In this document: positions 26,907 to 35,122 of the stretch, piece after piece
How positions within the stretch are numbered: the stretch's first letter is position 1
Layout of the letters: every line of letters starts with the position of its first letter
From: Gemmatimonadaceae bacterium
Lineage (GTDB): Bacteria; Gemmatimonadota; Gemmatimonadetes; Gemmatimonadales; Gemmatimonadaceae
NCBI GenBank assembly: GCA_035638155.1
Contig: DASRAP010000433.1
Location: forward strand, 4,569-68,568
Direction: 5' to 3'
Length of the DNA: 64,000 nucleotides
Program-made: the position numbers and the translations under genes
Notes under the pieces: model-generated
Seen by the model: the letters and a program-made list of their open reading frames with translations, nothing else
Databases searched by the model: none
What the model was told of the DNA's origin: nothing

Positions 26907-27187
26907 AGCGGATCCCAGATCCTTTCGATGAGGCGCACCATCGGAGCCCCACTGGCATCGCTGATTACGGCTGTCCGAGAAGGTGCGTGCCACTCGACCG
27001 AATCGAGCCCGCGCGGCGCGTAGATGCGGAGCACTGCTAGGGCGTGTTCGAGCTCGACGTGGGACGCCTCCCAAAACATCAGCACAGTGCCGCCGTAGTC
27101 GATTTCCTCCCAGTCTTCGATCGGCTCCCCGGGCTTCCAATCGGCGTACGTCATACCGGGCGGAAGGATTTCCACGCCATAGCGCAC
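26903..27187 (-). CDS. Hypothetical protein (~94 aa, start uncertain)
   Basis: ..VRYGVEILPPGMTYADWKPGEPIEDWEEIDYGG... GTG 27187, TTG 27190 or ATG 27154 are all possible starts. The track start 27271 would overlap the lipoprotein gene. Confidence 0.45.
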   Translation of the reverse strand: MRYGVEILPPGMTYADWKPGEPIEDWEEIDYGGTVLMFWEASHVELEHALAVLRIYAPRGLDSVEWHAPSRTAVISDASGAPMVRLIERIWDPL

Positions 27188-27216
27188 CAAGCGCCGCTTC
27201 GCGTCTCGACGCGCCC

Positions 27217-27516
27217 TTAGTTCGGCCGACACGCGGGCGCCTCGCAGTGGAACCCGGCCACGCAATCGCAATCATGCGCGCACGGCCAAGCGCATTTCCC
27301 ATAGGTGAGATTGCAGCGATGTCCGCCGCAATCGTCGTCGCTATCGCACGCGAACGCCAACTCGGCCGGCACGACTTCGCAGACCGAGTAAACGGGCTTG
27401 TAGCCGTCGGCCGAGGCGGCCGCGTCGGCCGCCTCCGTTCCATCGGGCGTGTTGATCGACGACGACGAGCAGGCCGCGAGCGCGAGCGCGACAAGCGCCG
27501 CGCGGATCACGGCCAC
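27217..27516 (-). CDS. Cys-rich lipoprotein (99 aa)
   Basis: MAVIRAALVALALAAC signal with an LAAC lipobox. The mature part has 9 further Cys. Confidence 0.65.
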   Translation of the reverse strand: MAVIRAALVALALAACSSSSINTPDGTEAADAAASADGYKPVYSVCEVVPAELAFACDSDDDCGGHRCNLTYGKCAWPCAHDCDCVAGFHCEAPACRPN

Positions 27517-27767
27517 ACCCGACCTGTAACAGTCGCGTTGACGCCACCGAGTTGTTTTGCGCGCTTGGCCGCCGCAATCGCCGACGTCCGCCGGTGAAAT
27601 CCAAACTCCAGGTCCCGCCAGCCCTCCGTAAACGAAAACCCCGCTCCGTCGTGCCGACGTCCTACGGCCGCACAGATCGCCTTGTCTCGCTCGCGATCGA
27701 ATCCTTTATATTCCACCATCACCGAGAACGGGGGCGGGGGCTTCCAGCGGACTTTCTGCTTTTTCAT
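27507..27767 (-). CDS. Hypothetical protein (86 aa)
   Basis: Internal ATG 27767 (MKKQKVRWKPPPPFSVMVEYKGF..) in ATGA overlap with the upstream stop. Confidence 0.55.
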   Translation of the reverse strand: MKKQKVRWKPPPPFSVMVEYKGFDRERDKAICAAVGRRHDGAGFSFTEGWRDLEFGFHRRTSAIAAAKRAKQLGGVNATVTGRVWP

Positions 27768-28609
27768 TTGGGTTCCCCCACGAACGTCTCGGCGATGCGC
27801 TCGGCCAATTGCCAGGCATTCCAGCCGGGGAAGCGTTGCCACGCGCCCGCGCTCGGAGACCAGCGAAAGCCGCTCGACTTGCAAAGCTTCCGGATTTCCT
27901 CGCTGGGCTTGCCCGGGAAGTAGATCCGGACGCGGTTTTCCTCTTCTGCGATGCGCACCTCGCCGATTTGCTTCGCTTTCGGCTCTGCCGCGCGTGCCAT
28001 TCGGAGCGATTCGATGCGCCCCCGGAGCCGTTTTAGCTCGCCGCTGCTATTGGTGAGGCGATACGCGGGGATCCCGGTACGCCCGGCAAAGTCGGGCGTG
28101 AGCAACTCTTCGATCTTTTCAGCGCCGAGACCAAGCTCCGCGAGCGCGCCGCGGGGGTGCTTGCTGCGCACGGCGCGATTAACGCGCTTCCAAAAGTCGC
28201 GCGCTGCCTCGAGTTCGCGCACGCGCGCCTCGAGCTTTTCGACCGCGTCGGGATCGTCCGATGAGATTGCGCGGTTTTCCTCAGCCGTGTCTGCGCGCCG
28301 GTCGAGCGCGTCGGCTACCTTCACCGCTTCGAACCCCTTGCGGTAGTTGGTTTCGATGCGGCCGCGGTAGCGGCGATCGCGGCCTTCCGAATGATGCCCG
28401 ACCAGGATCGGCTGACCGAGCGGAATGATGCTCGCCATTTGATGCGCGCGCTCTACACGCGCCTCGCCTTCCTTCCGGAGCCGCTCGGCCCGCGCTCGGA
28501 GCCTCTCGACTTTCGCCGCGCGCTTTTCCTCGAAGGCGAGCCGCTGGGCCGCGCGCTCGGCCGACTCGTCAATGCCTTGGATTACTTGCTCATGGGTTAA
28601 TCGTCTCAT
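27764..28609 (-). CDS. DUF3560-like protein (281 aa)
   Basis: LGQPILVGHHSEGRDRRYR matches my recollection of the DUF3560 core found on plasmids and phages. Helical Arg/Glu-rich N-terminus. Family assignment is from memory only. Confidence 0.5.
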   Translation of the reverse strand: MRRLTHEQVIQGIDESAERAAQRLAFEEKRAAKVERLRARAERLRKEGEARVERAHQMASIIPLGQPILVGHHSEGRDRRYRGRIETNYRKGFEAVKVADALDRRADTAEENRAISSDDPDAVEKLEARVRELEAARDFWKRVNRAVRSKHPRGALAELGLGAEKIEELLTPDFAGRTGIPAYRLTNSSGELKRLRGRIESLRMARAAEPKAKQIGEVRIAEEENRVRIYFPGKPSEEIRKLCKSSGFRWSPSAGAWQRFPGWNAWQLAERIAETFVGEPK

Positions 28610-28961
28610 GGCTCACCGCTTCGCTTTCTTCAGAGGTTAGGAAATCGATCCACTCGCGCGGCTCGCAAGCTCGGAAGCCGCGCTGCAAGTCGTACAGATA
28701 GCAATGGGGGTTCGGGGAGATTTCGCCGGCGGCAAAGCCGTTGCCGATGCTCTCGATTTCGCGCGATCGTTTGATGCGCTTCGCGTGGTCCGTTTCGGGC
28801 CGGACACCTTCTAAGAGCGTGGTTCCATGCTCGTGCAGAACCCAGCCGAAGGGGTGCCCGTCGTGCACGCGGAGAAACGCGCGATCGTGCTTCGTGAGAT
28901 CCGTCTTGAACGAAAGCGGCAGCCCGAGACGCGCGGACTCCGCGCGCATGGCGAGATACAC
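28590..28961 (-). CDS. Hypothetical protein (123 aa, GTG start)
   Basis: (M)YLAMRAESARLGLPLSFKTDLTKHDRAFLRVHDGHPFGW... Confidence 0.55.
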   Translation of the reverse strand: MYLAMRAESARLGLPLSFKTDLTKHDRAFLRVHDGHPFGWVLHEHGTTLLEGVRPETDHAKRIKRSREIESIGNGFAAGEISPNPHCYLYDLQRGFRACEPREWIDFLTSEESEAVSHETINP

Positions 28962-29015
28962 GGCCGCATCGTTGAACGTGGCGCGGCCGCGCTCGGATCG
29001 TCGTGGGCGAAAGTG

Positions 29016-29255
29016 TCACTTTGCACGGGCTCGACTATGAAGGTGCCTACGAGCGCACGTTCCGGCTCGGAGATTTGGCCGACGGTCATACAAAATGGTG
29101 GCGCGCTCGGGGACGATCCTTGTCCCGTTCGCGAGCCTGACGGACGCGGAGCTTCTCTCCGAGATTCCGAAAGCCGCGCGGCGTCCTTCGATCACGCGGC
29201 CTTGTCGCCGCGTGTCGCGATATTTGACGTCGCGGATTTCGATCGTGCGGCTCAT
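29016..29255 (-). CDS. Hypothetical protein (79 aa)
   Basis: MSRTIEIRDVKYRDTRRQGRVIEG... ATGA overlap with the radC stop. Confidence 0.5.
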   Translation of the reverse strand: MSRTIEIRDVKYRDTRRQGRVIEGRRAAFGISERSSASVRLANGTRIVPERATILYDRRPNLRAGTCARRHLHSRARAK

Positions 29256-29689
29256 GACAGCACCGAACGCGTGCGGCCCGAGACTACCGCCACCACGATA
29301 TGGTCACAGAACGCGATCCCGACCGCGTCACACCCCGCGCGCACGGCTTCCGTCATGAAGCGATCTTCCGGCGACGGCGTAGGATCCTCGCTTGGATGAT
29401 TGTGAGAGAGAATGATCCGCGAAGCGTTCAAGGTGAGCGCCGCGCGAAGCACGTCTGCAACGGTCACCGCGCAACCATGCAAGCCGCCCCGCGCTACCTC
29501 GACAAGCCCGATCACATTGTTTCGGGCGTCGAGCCCGAGAAGTAGCAGGCACTCCCCCGCCGGTCGCATGACGCGGAACCACGCTAAGAGAGTGCGCGTG
29601 GCGTGGTCGAAGTCCGGCGCGCTCGCTTCGGCGACGTTTAGAACGCGTTCACGCCGTAGCGTGAGCCGATACTGGATAACCTTGGACAC
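29252..29689 (-). CDS. radC: RadC-like JAB/MPN domain protein
   Basis: IILSHNHPSEDPTPSPEDRFMT..DHIVV is the JAMM-like HNHPS motif typical of RadC. GTG start behind AAGCGGTGAGAA. Confidence 0.75.
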   Translation of the reverse strand: MSKVIQYRLTLRRERVLNVAEASAPDFDHATRTLLAWFRVMRPAGECLLLLGLDARNNVIGLVEVARGGLHGCAVTVADVLRAALTLNASRIILSHNHPSEDPTPSPEDRFMTEAVRAGCDAVGIAFCDHIVVAVVSGRTRSVLS

Positions 29690-29719
29690 TTTCTCACCGC
29701 TTTCTTTCGGGACAAGCCC

Positions 29720-29825
29720 CGAAGCCTCGAACGCTGGCGCTAATCCTTTGGTCAGGCACCCGCCAAAGCGGTGAAACCAAAGCGGGCCGTTTCCCTTGGT
29801 GCTCGGCCCAGCGTTCGAGGCTTCG
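29720..29825. repeat. 18-bp perfect inverted repeat enclosing two CCAAAGCGG direct repeats
   Basis: CGAAGCCTCGAACGCTGG (29720-29737) pairs with CCAGCGTTCGAGGCTTCG (29808-29825). CCAAAGCGG occurs at ~29763 and ~29777 in between. Lies in the 177-nt gap between the clamp-like gene and radC. Confidence 0.7.
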
Positions 29826-29827
29826 AA

Positions 29828-29850
29828 GCGCGAGCCATGGTGGCTCGCGC
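29828..29850 (-). terminator. GC hairpin after the clamp-like gene (10-bp stem, 3-nt loop)
   Basis: GCGCGAGCCA-TGG-TGGCTCGCGC, 17 nt downstream of the TAG at 29867. No U-tract follows, so its role is uncertain. Confidence 0.3.
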
Positions 29851-29866
29851 CCGAATTTCCGCGCCG

Positions 29867-30484
29867 CTAGATGCGCGCGGGCATCACCACAATCGTCGCT
29901 TCTCCCTGATAGTCCGCGTTCTCGCCCATGAACGAAGCATCCACGCGGGCCGGATCTAACTCTTGCCCAAGTCGCAACTGACAGAGCGTCGTTTTGCAGC
30001 CGTGACTTTCGGCAATCTCCCCCAGCACACCGAGTGCCGCGAGATAGAAGGCATTGAACCCGACGCATGCGGCCGGCTCTGGCATGTTCGCGATCGTCGG
30101 AATGACTTGATCCGCGGGCGGGAAAGTCGCGTCGACTTTCGGAAGCGCGGCTTGGACGTCACCCGACGCGATCGTAAAGCCCTTTTCCCCTGGGGTGACG
30201 CGGACCTTTGTGCGCTTGCTTCCCAAGCCCTTCAGCGCGGCTTGGAGCTTCTTGGCGTTGACTAGGTGCTCCACGGCTTCCTTCGTTTCGTTGTCGCGTG
30301 GCTCGGTCGACTTGGCCGCGTCGATCTTGATCAACCGGTGCCCGTCCGTTGCGACGACACGCCCGCGACCCGTATCGAAACAGACGCTGGCCATGTGCGG
30401 CCGCGTGAAGTCCGCGCTTGCGTAGGATGTCACCGCGCGAAGCTCCGCGATCGTTGCCTCGAACGTTCCGTTTTCGTATTTCAT
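29867..30484 (-). CDS. Truncated DNA polymerase III beta-clamp (DnaN)-like protein (205 aa)
   Basis: Start at ATG 30484 (MKYENGTFEATIAEL). VVATDGHRLIK, DATFPPADQVIP, GFNAFYLAALG and C-terminal EATIVVMPARI parallel E. coli DnaN TVATDGHRLAV, DGRFPDYRRVLP, GFNVSYVLDVL and AAYVVMPMRL. Confidence 0.65.
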   Translation of the reverse strand: MKYENGTFEATIAELRAVTSYASADFTRPHMASVCFDTGRGRVVATDGHRLIKIDAAKSTEPRDNETKEAVEHLVNAKKLQAALKGLGSKRTKVRVTPGEKGFTIASGDVQAALPKVDATFPPADQVIPTIANMPEPAACVGFNAFYLAALGVLGEIAESHGCKTTLCQLRLGQELDPARVDASFMGENADYQGEATIVVMPARI

Positions 30485-30566
30485 TGGCTCACCGCTTTTC
30501 ATGTCGGGCTCGATTGCCCGAGTCGACGCGCTAGCCATGCTGGCGCGCCGAGTCGGTCTCGCGAGG

Positions 30567-30704
30567 TTACTTGGGGAAGTCCGGCAATCCGTTGATCCCG
30601 ATGCGCTTCCAAGTGTCGATCGCGTGCTCACGCGACCGGTAGATCCAATGTCCGTCCGCTCTGAACCAACGTTCGAACCGTTCCCATGCGGCCGCGTTAT
30701 TCAT
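30567..30704 (-). CDS. Possible Trp-rich miniprotein (45 aa), not in ORF track
   Basis: ATG overlaps the end of 30697..30900. MNNAAAWERFERWFRADGHWIYRSREHAIDTWKRIGINGLPDFPK, with high GC3. Confidence 0.4.
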   Translation of the reverse strand: MNNAAAWERFERWFRADGHWIYRSREHAIDTWKRIGINGLPDFPK

Positions 30705-30900
30705 CGTCGCACGCGATTACCAGATCCCGGTAATCGTCCATTTCGTCGACGCCGTAAGCGCCGGGCGCCTGGCACTCGCCCGCATGCGGAGCGCAGTCCG
30801 CGACTTTGCAATCGGCGCAAAGTACCTTCCCGCTTTCACCGTCCGATGCGATCGCAATTTCGCAGCAATCGCGACAATTGCAGCAAACATAGCCGGACAT
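30697..30900 (-). CDS. Cys-rich (zinc-binding-like) small protein (67 aa)
   Basis: MSGYVCCNCRDCCEIAIASDGESGKVLCADCKVADCAPHAGECQ has 11 Cys. Acidic tail. Confidence 0.6.
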   Translation of the reverse strand: MSGYVCCNCRDCCEIAIASDGESGKVLCADCKVADCAPHAGECQAPGAYGVDEMDDYRDLVIACDDE

Positions 30901-31266
30901 TTAGAAGCCCTCCGCTTGCACGTCGGCCGGCATGTAGGCTCGGAGCCAGGGATAGGCGCGTAGTGCCGCTCGGATTTGTATGTCGGCCGCTTTTCGGTCT
31001 TCGCCGTACTTGAGGCGCCAGTAGTCAATCAAGCCCTTAAACGACAAGCGGACTTCTTGCGGCTTGTCGGCCGTGGCTTCCCGCTCGTTTCGGGCGCGGC
31101 ATGTCTCACAAAGGTCCGTTTCGTCGAATTGCGATCGCAACGCCTCCGCATCTTGCTTGCTCACGCGAGACCAGCGCTCCCAAACCCAAGAGTCGGATCC
31201 GCGCATGGGCGCGTGCTTTTCGCATGCGATCGCGCCTCTTTCGCTCCAAAACAATGTTTTTCCCAT
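30901..31266 (-). CDS. Hypothetical protein (121 aa)
   Basis: MGKTLFWSERGAIACEKHAPMRGSDSW..CETCRARNE. Leader AAGCGGTGAGCCA precedes the ATG. Confidence 0.6.
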   Translation of the reverse strand: MGKTLFWSERGAIACEKHAPMRGSDSWVWERWSRVSKQDAEALRSQFDETDLCETCRARNEREATADKPQEVRLSFKGLIDYWRLKYGEDRKAADIQIRAALRAYPWLRAYMPADVQAEGF

Positions 31267-31488
31267 TGGCTCACCGCTTGTTTCGCGCGTCTTATCGGCG
31301 TCTTTTCCGATCGTCGTGCCATGTTCTCACCGCTTGTCGTGCGCCCGACTCGGGCTCGTACGGACATCTAGCACCGGACATGCCACACCGGACCGGTGCG
31401 CCAAGCGCCCGAAACTACTATAACGACGTAGTTTTACCGCGTAGGACGATGCGCACTTGGCGCCCGGACGGTTCGCACTCGGAGCGAA

Positions 31489-32142
31489 CTACGGTTCGCC
31501 TGTCTTTTTGACCTTGGCCCAACGGTCAAAACGACCGTTTTTCCAGGTTCGGCCGGAGAGGATCGCCTTGATCGTTTCGTGCGACACGCCGAAAAGAGCG
31601 CCGATGGCTTTCCGCTTGGCGCCTAGCTTGGCGAGCCTACGGATGAATCGGACGTCCCTCTCGGTCAGTTTCGCTTTCCAGTGCCGCTCCCCTTGGCGGT
31701 AGCGGCCTTTTCTGGCGCAGTCCTGATTATTCTCTCGGCGCGTCCCGAGGAAAAGATGACCGTCGAGCACGCAAAGCGGGACGTCGCAGCGATGACAGAC
31801 GCACATGCCGGGCGGGATCGGTCCGTGGTGCAATCGCCATGCGACGCGGTGTGCCGACTCGCGCTTTTTGGTGTCGCGATCGTAGACGTAACCATAAGTC
31901 ATTCCGCGACGATCCGTGCGAGTAGGGCCAATCCAGATCACGCATGCGCCCGATTGCTTCGTTTTCGACCAGAACCACTCATCCACGGCGCTTAACGCCG
32001 ATTGTAGCGCTCTCACACAGAATTTTTCGCGCCTTTTGGTCAGTAGTTTTTTGGTGATTTCGTTACGGGGTTCCGCAACTTTGGGGATCCGCGGCCGCTC
32101 ATCCGCCGCGGCACCGCCGCGGAGGCGCCACAAGCCGGCCAT
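31489..32142 (-). CDS. HNH_3-type homing-like endonuclease with C-terminal HTH
   Basis: ESAHRVAWRLHHGPIPPGMCVCHRCDVPLCVLDGHLFLGTRRENNQD, plus RKAIGALFGVSHETIKAILSGRTW. Confidence 0.7.
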   Translation of the reverse strand: MAGLWRLRGGAAADERPRIPKVAEPRNEITKKLLTKRREKFCVRALQSALSAVDEWFWSKTKQSGACVIWIGPTRTDRRGMTYGYVYDRDTKKRESAHRVAWRLHHGPIPPGMCVCHRCDVPLCVLDGHLFLGTRRENNQDCARKGRYRQGERHWKAKLTERDVRFIRRLAKLGAKRKAIGALFGVSHETIKAILSGRTWKNGRFDRWAKVKKTGEP

Positions 32143-32160
32143 TGCGCGGCCGCTACGGCG

Positions 32161-32421
32161 ATGTTATACCCGGCGCTTATGAGCAATGAGACGGTGAGCA
32201 GCGGCCCCGATTTCGACTTCGATCCCGATCGCACCGATTGCAAGAAGTGTGGCCGGCAGAATTGCCCAGACTTCCGCCGGCGCCCTGACGGCGGCGTGAC
32301 CATCGGAGAGCACGTGGATGCGCTCGAGGGGCTCGAGGAGCCGCGGGTGGGCATCAATTTCAATGACGAGCAGGCGCGCGACCTGTGCGCTTGGCTCCGA
32401 AAACACGGCTACGGCGACTGA
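32161..32421 (+). CDS. Hypothetical protein (86 aa)
   Basis: ..MSNETVSSGPDFDFDPDRTDCKKCGRQNCPDF... First gene of the plus block. Confidence 0.55.
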   Translation: MLYPALMSNETVSSGPDFDFDPDRTDCKKCGRQNCPDFRRRPDGGVTIGEHVDALEGLEEPRVGINFNDEQARDLCAWLRKHGYGD

Positions 32422-32428
32422 GGCGCCC

Positions 32429-32788
32429 GTGGATCTCTGGCTTTTGGCCTTCCAGGCCGCGGCGATGACGTTCGTGGTGACGCGAAGCGGGCTTTTTGCT
32501 CCGCTCCGAGAGCACGGCCCCGCGGGGTGGCGCTCCTTTATAGGGTGCTCGCTTTGCGTCGGGGTGTGGGTGGGGATGCTCCTCACCGCGGCGCAGCTCG
32601 CGGCGGCTGGCTATCGGCCGGCGAGCTCCGCGGTCTTTTGCTCTTGGGCGCTGATGGCCCTCGGCACCGGCGCTCTTTCGGGCGTGGTCGCCCTCGGCTT
32701 CACCGTGGCGATCGACTTTGCCGACGGCGTCGCGAGCTCAGTGGAAAAGCTCGCAACGCGTCCGATCGCCGAGCGCAAAAACGAATAG
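32429..32788 (+). CDS. DUF1360-like membrane protein
   Basis: GTG 32429. FVVTRSGLFAPLRE..FIGCSLCVGVWVGMLL resembles the DUF1360 core, followed by further TM helices. Confidence 0.55.
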   Translation: MDLWLLAFQAAAMTFVVTRSGLFAPLREHGPAGWRSFIGCSLCVGVWVGMLLTAAQLAAAGYRPASSAVFCSWALMALGTGALSGVVALGFTVAIDFADGVASSVEKLATRPIAERKNE

Positions 32789-32799
32789 CGAGCCGACTG

Positions 32800-33051
32800 A
32801 TGGTGCACACGAAAATCCGCGGTGAACTAACGAGCTTTACGCTGAGCTCGAAAGGCGAGGCTCTCCCGGGCGAATACGCCGAGGCGAGAAGCGCGCGTCG
32901 AGCTCTGCAATTCTGCAAGCACACGCTGCAAATGCTCGAGGACACGATCAACGTCGGCGAGCATCGCTTGATCACCAGCGTGGACCTCCGCTGCTATTCG
33001 CGGCTCTGCCACGACTGCTCCATGGCCAAGGCGCGGGAGGCGTTCAAGTGA
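32800..33051 (+). CDS. Hypothetical protein (83 aa)
   Basis: Internal ATG 32800 (MVHTKIRGELTSFTLSSKGEAL..). Confidence 0.55.
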   Translation: MVHTKIRGELTSFTLSSKGEALPGEYAEARSARRALQFCKHTLQMLEDTINVGEHRLITSVDLRCYSRLCHDCSMAKAREAFK

Positions 33052-33269
33052 CGCCGCCGCTGGTGACGGTGCATTGGTCGGAGTGGCTGCTTGTCCCGAC
33101 GACCGTGAAGATCGGCTGCGACGAGTCGAGCTCGAGCATTGCGATGATGACCGCGGACGGGCAAAGCGGGCTCGATGACTCGAGCCGCCGCTTCGACTTC
33201 GACACGACGCGCGTCACCTGCGCCGACTGCAAAGCGCTAATCGCCGAAGCGCTCCAGGTGCGGCCGTGA
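33048..33269 (+). CDS. Hypothetical protein (73 aa)
   Basis: GTGA overlap with the upstream stop. ..TVKIGCDESSSSIAMMTADG..VTCADCKALIAEAL. Confidence 0.5.
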   Translation: MTPPLVTVHWSEWLLVPTTVKIGCDESSSSIAMMTADGQSGLDDSSRRFDFDTTRVTCADCKALIAEALQVRP

Positions 33270-33394
33270 AACGCGCTTGTCCGTTCTGCGGGCGGACGCT
33301 CCGCTATCGGAGTCGGCACGCCTGCTACAAGTGTTTGCCGCAACTGGTGTCGGCTCTGATTGCTCTCAGCAAGTTCGCGCGGAGTCTTCGGTGA
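33266..33394 (+). CDS. Zinc-ribbon miniprotein (42 aa), not in ORF track
   Basis: GTGA overlaps at both ends. VKRACPFCGRTLRYRSRHACYKCLPQLVSALIALSKFARSLR contains CxxC..CxxC. Confidence 0.5.
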   Translation: MKRACPFCGRTLRYRSRHACYKCLPQLVSALIALSKFARSLR

Positions 33395-33588
33395 GCTACG
33401 ACACCACTCCGATCCCCGTGACTTGGACGCACGCTTGCGGCTTTCGCGAAGTGGTGTGCGGCAAGAAAACACCTGACACGAAGCGCTACTGCAAGCGGCA
33501 CCGGATCTGGACCGAAGAGCAGTGCCACGAGTGCGCGCGCTGCAAAGAGTGCGTGGCAGCTCGGCGGCGCTCGGAAGTTGCTCGATGA
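33391..33588 (+). CDS. Cys-rich small protein (65 aa)
   Basis: GTG 33391 inside track ORF 33277..33588. VSYDTTPIPVTWTHACGF..CKRH..CHECARCKEC. Confidence 0.5.
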   Translation: MSYDTTPIPVTWTHACGFREVVCGKKTPDTKRYCKRHRIWTEEQCHECARCKECVAARRRSEVAR

Positions 33589-33803
33589 AATGCGAGGCGC
33601 AATGGTTTTGCATCAACAACAACGGCAAGCGCCCGACGCCGTGCAAACAGCCCGCGTCGATCGAGCTCGAGGGGCGTCGACTCTGCTACGTGCACCATTC
33701 GGTCGTGAAGGCGGGTTACGCGACCCTCGCGCAAGTGCTCGCGGGAGAGCGACCGCGGCGTGCCACCGATCACTGCTCACCGCCCGGGGACGTGGTCTCG
33801 TGA
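33585..33803 (+). CDS. Cys-containing small protein (72 aa)
   Basis: ATGA overlap. MKCEAQWFCINNNGKRPTPCKQP..RRLCYVHH. Confidence 0.55.
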   Translation: MKCEAQWFCINNNGKRPTPCKQPASIELEGRRLCYVHHSVVKAGYATLAQVLAGERPRRATDHCSPPGDVVS

Positions 33804-34018
33804 CCGACAAGCAACGCCCGTCGGTCGTTTCGTTAAACGGCATCTGCTCGAGTTGCTCTCGGATGGAGCCGCTCTTCCGGAACCCGCTCGGCCCCTTGGC
33901 GCTTTGCTACGAGTGCTTACGAGACCGCGAGCCGCTCGCGAGCGAGAGCCAGTGCACGTGTCCGCAGTGGGTGATTCGGGGCGACTGCCCGACTCATGGT
34001 TTTCCGATTCCCAGGTGA
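33800..34018 (+). CDS. Cys-rich small protein (72 aa)
   Basis: GTGA overlap. VTDKQRPSVVSLNGICSSCSRMEP..LCYECL..CTCPQWVIRGDCPTHG. Confidence 0.55.
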   Translation: MTDKQRPSVVSLNGICSSCSRMEPLFRNPLGPLALCYECLRDREPLASESQCTCPQWVIRGDCPTHGFPIPR

Positions 34019-34033
34019 CGAGAGGAGAATGCG

Positions 34034-34216
34034 GTGAGCGACGACAAACGATGTAACCACGGATTTCTGCGCGGTCTCTGCGTCATGAATAACTGCGCCC
34101 ACTTCGATGGCGCGAGCGATTGGAAAGCGCGGCTCAAGACGCGCTTCAGCCACGCCAAGGGTGACGGGCGCGTAATTCGGGTCAAGAGCGTCACGCAAAA
34201 GGAGCGGGCGCGATGA
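34034..34216 (+). CDS. Small CxHGFL-motif protein (60 aa), paralogue of 46169..46354
   Basis: GTG behind GAGGAGAATGCG. KRCNHGFLRGLCVMNNCAHFDG resembles IRCEHGFLEKLCAKPGCKHWDG. Confidence 0.55.
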   Translation: MSDDKRCNHGFLRGLCVMNNCAHFDGASDWKARLKTRFSHAKGDGRVIRVKSVTQKERAR

Positions 34217-35118
34217 GCGACGAAGCACGCGCAGCGGTCGCTTACATCGAGCGCGATTCCGATCACCGCATCCTATGCGTCTGGAACAAACGTTACGGCG
34301 GATGGGGGATGCCGGGCGGAAAGGTCGAAGACAACGAGACCGTGGTGCAGGCGCTTGCTCGCGAGCTCGGCGAGGAAACCGGTCTATCGATCGCGGGGCA
34401 GCCCGAGGCGATCTACGATGCGCCGCACAAGACCAAACCGATTCCCGGAGTCAGCGGCCGCGGCTCTTGGGTGATCGTGTTTCGCGTTTGGGCACGCGGG
34501 CAGCCCAAGGAGATGGAACCGGGCTGTCCGGTTACTTGGCTCACGCGCGAGGAATTCCTTCGGTGGTCGCCGTTCCGGGATTTTTATGAGCTGATGTTCG
34601 AGACGATTTTTCCTCCGGAGTGCAGCTGTGCGGAAATTCAGCGGAGGGATCCGAAGCGGCATTTCAAGGGATGCGCTCTCCGCGTCGAGCTCGCTGAAGC
34701 GCGCTGCTGTTGCGCGAAGATTCACTTCCCGTCGGGGGAGGTTTTCGGAAATCCCTGCCCCGCCTGTCCGCTCCACGGCGACAACGCTGTGCATGCAGCC
34801 CAACTTGGCCAGCGGCTGACCGGCGGCGGCCCGCTCACTTATCCCGACGGGAGTCTCGTAGAGGGTCCGGATCCGAAAGGCTTTCCCGAGTGCGTGCGCA
34901 ACGGCGGCTCGAGCCGCATGTGCGAGCGCGGAACCAAGGGATGCGAGATCCACCACGGCGGTGTTTTCGGCTGCACCTGCAAATACCCCTATCCGCATCC
35001 GCTCAAAGGCGGCGGCGGTTTCCAAGTGCACCAATCGGACTGCGCGATTGGTGGGATTTCACCGGCCAAGGATTGCACCGTTCCGGAGACGGAAGGCTTT
35101 CGGGAGCGAAAAGAATAA
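34213..35118 (+). CDS. NUDIX hydrolase with Cys-rich C-terminal extension (301 aa)
   Basis: GKVEDNETVVQALARELGEETGL is an exact Nudix box (GX5EX7REUXEEXGU). The C-terminal ~150 aa have many Cys/His. Confidence 0.75.
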   Translation: MSDEARAAVAYIERDSDHRILCVWNKRYGGWGMPGGKVEDNETVVQALARELGEETGLSIAGQPEAIYDAPHKTKPIPGVSGRGSWVIVFRVWARGQPKEMEPGCPVTWLTREEFLRWSPFRDFYELMFETIFPPECSCAEIQRRDPKRHFKGCALRVELAEARCCCAKIHFPSGEVFGNPCPACPLHGDNAVHAAQLGQRLTGGGPLTYPDGSLVEGPDPKGFPECVRNGGSSRMCERGTKGCEIHHGGVFGCTCKYPYPHPLKGGGGFQVHQSDCAIGGISPAKDCTVPETEGFRERKE

Positions 35119-35122
35119 CCCC

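Noticed and set aside
28811-29089. 92-aa ORF (MTVGQISEPERALVGTFIVEP..) suggesting a frameshifted longer version of 28590..28961
   Set aside because: It overlaps both 29016..29255 (which is ATGA-coupled to radC) and 28590..28961, and its C-terminal half is Arg/Ser/Cys-rich. Evidence for a real frameshift is insufficient.
31161-31367. ORF starting at about 31322 (MARRSEKTPIRRAKQAVSQW..) behind a CGGTGAGAAC leader
   Set aside because: It reads through the next gene's start in another frame with many A/T-ending codons. At most it is a short leader peptide, so it is not called as a gene.
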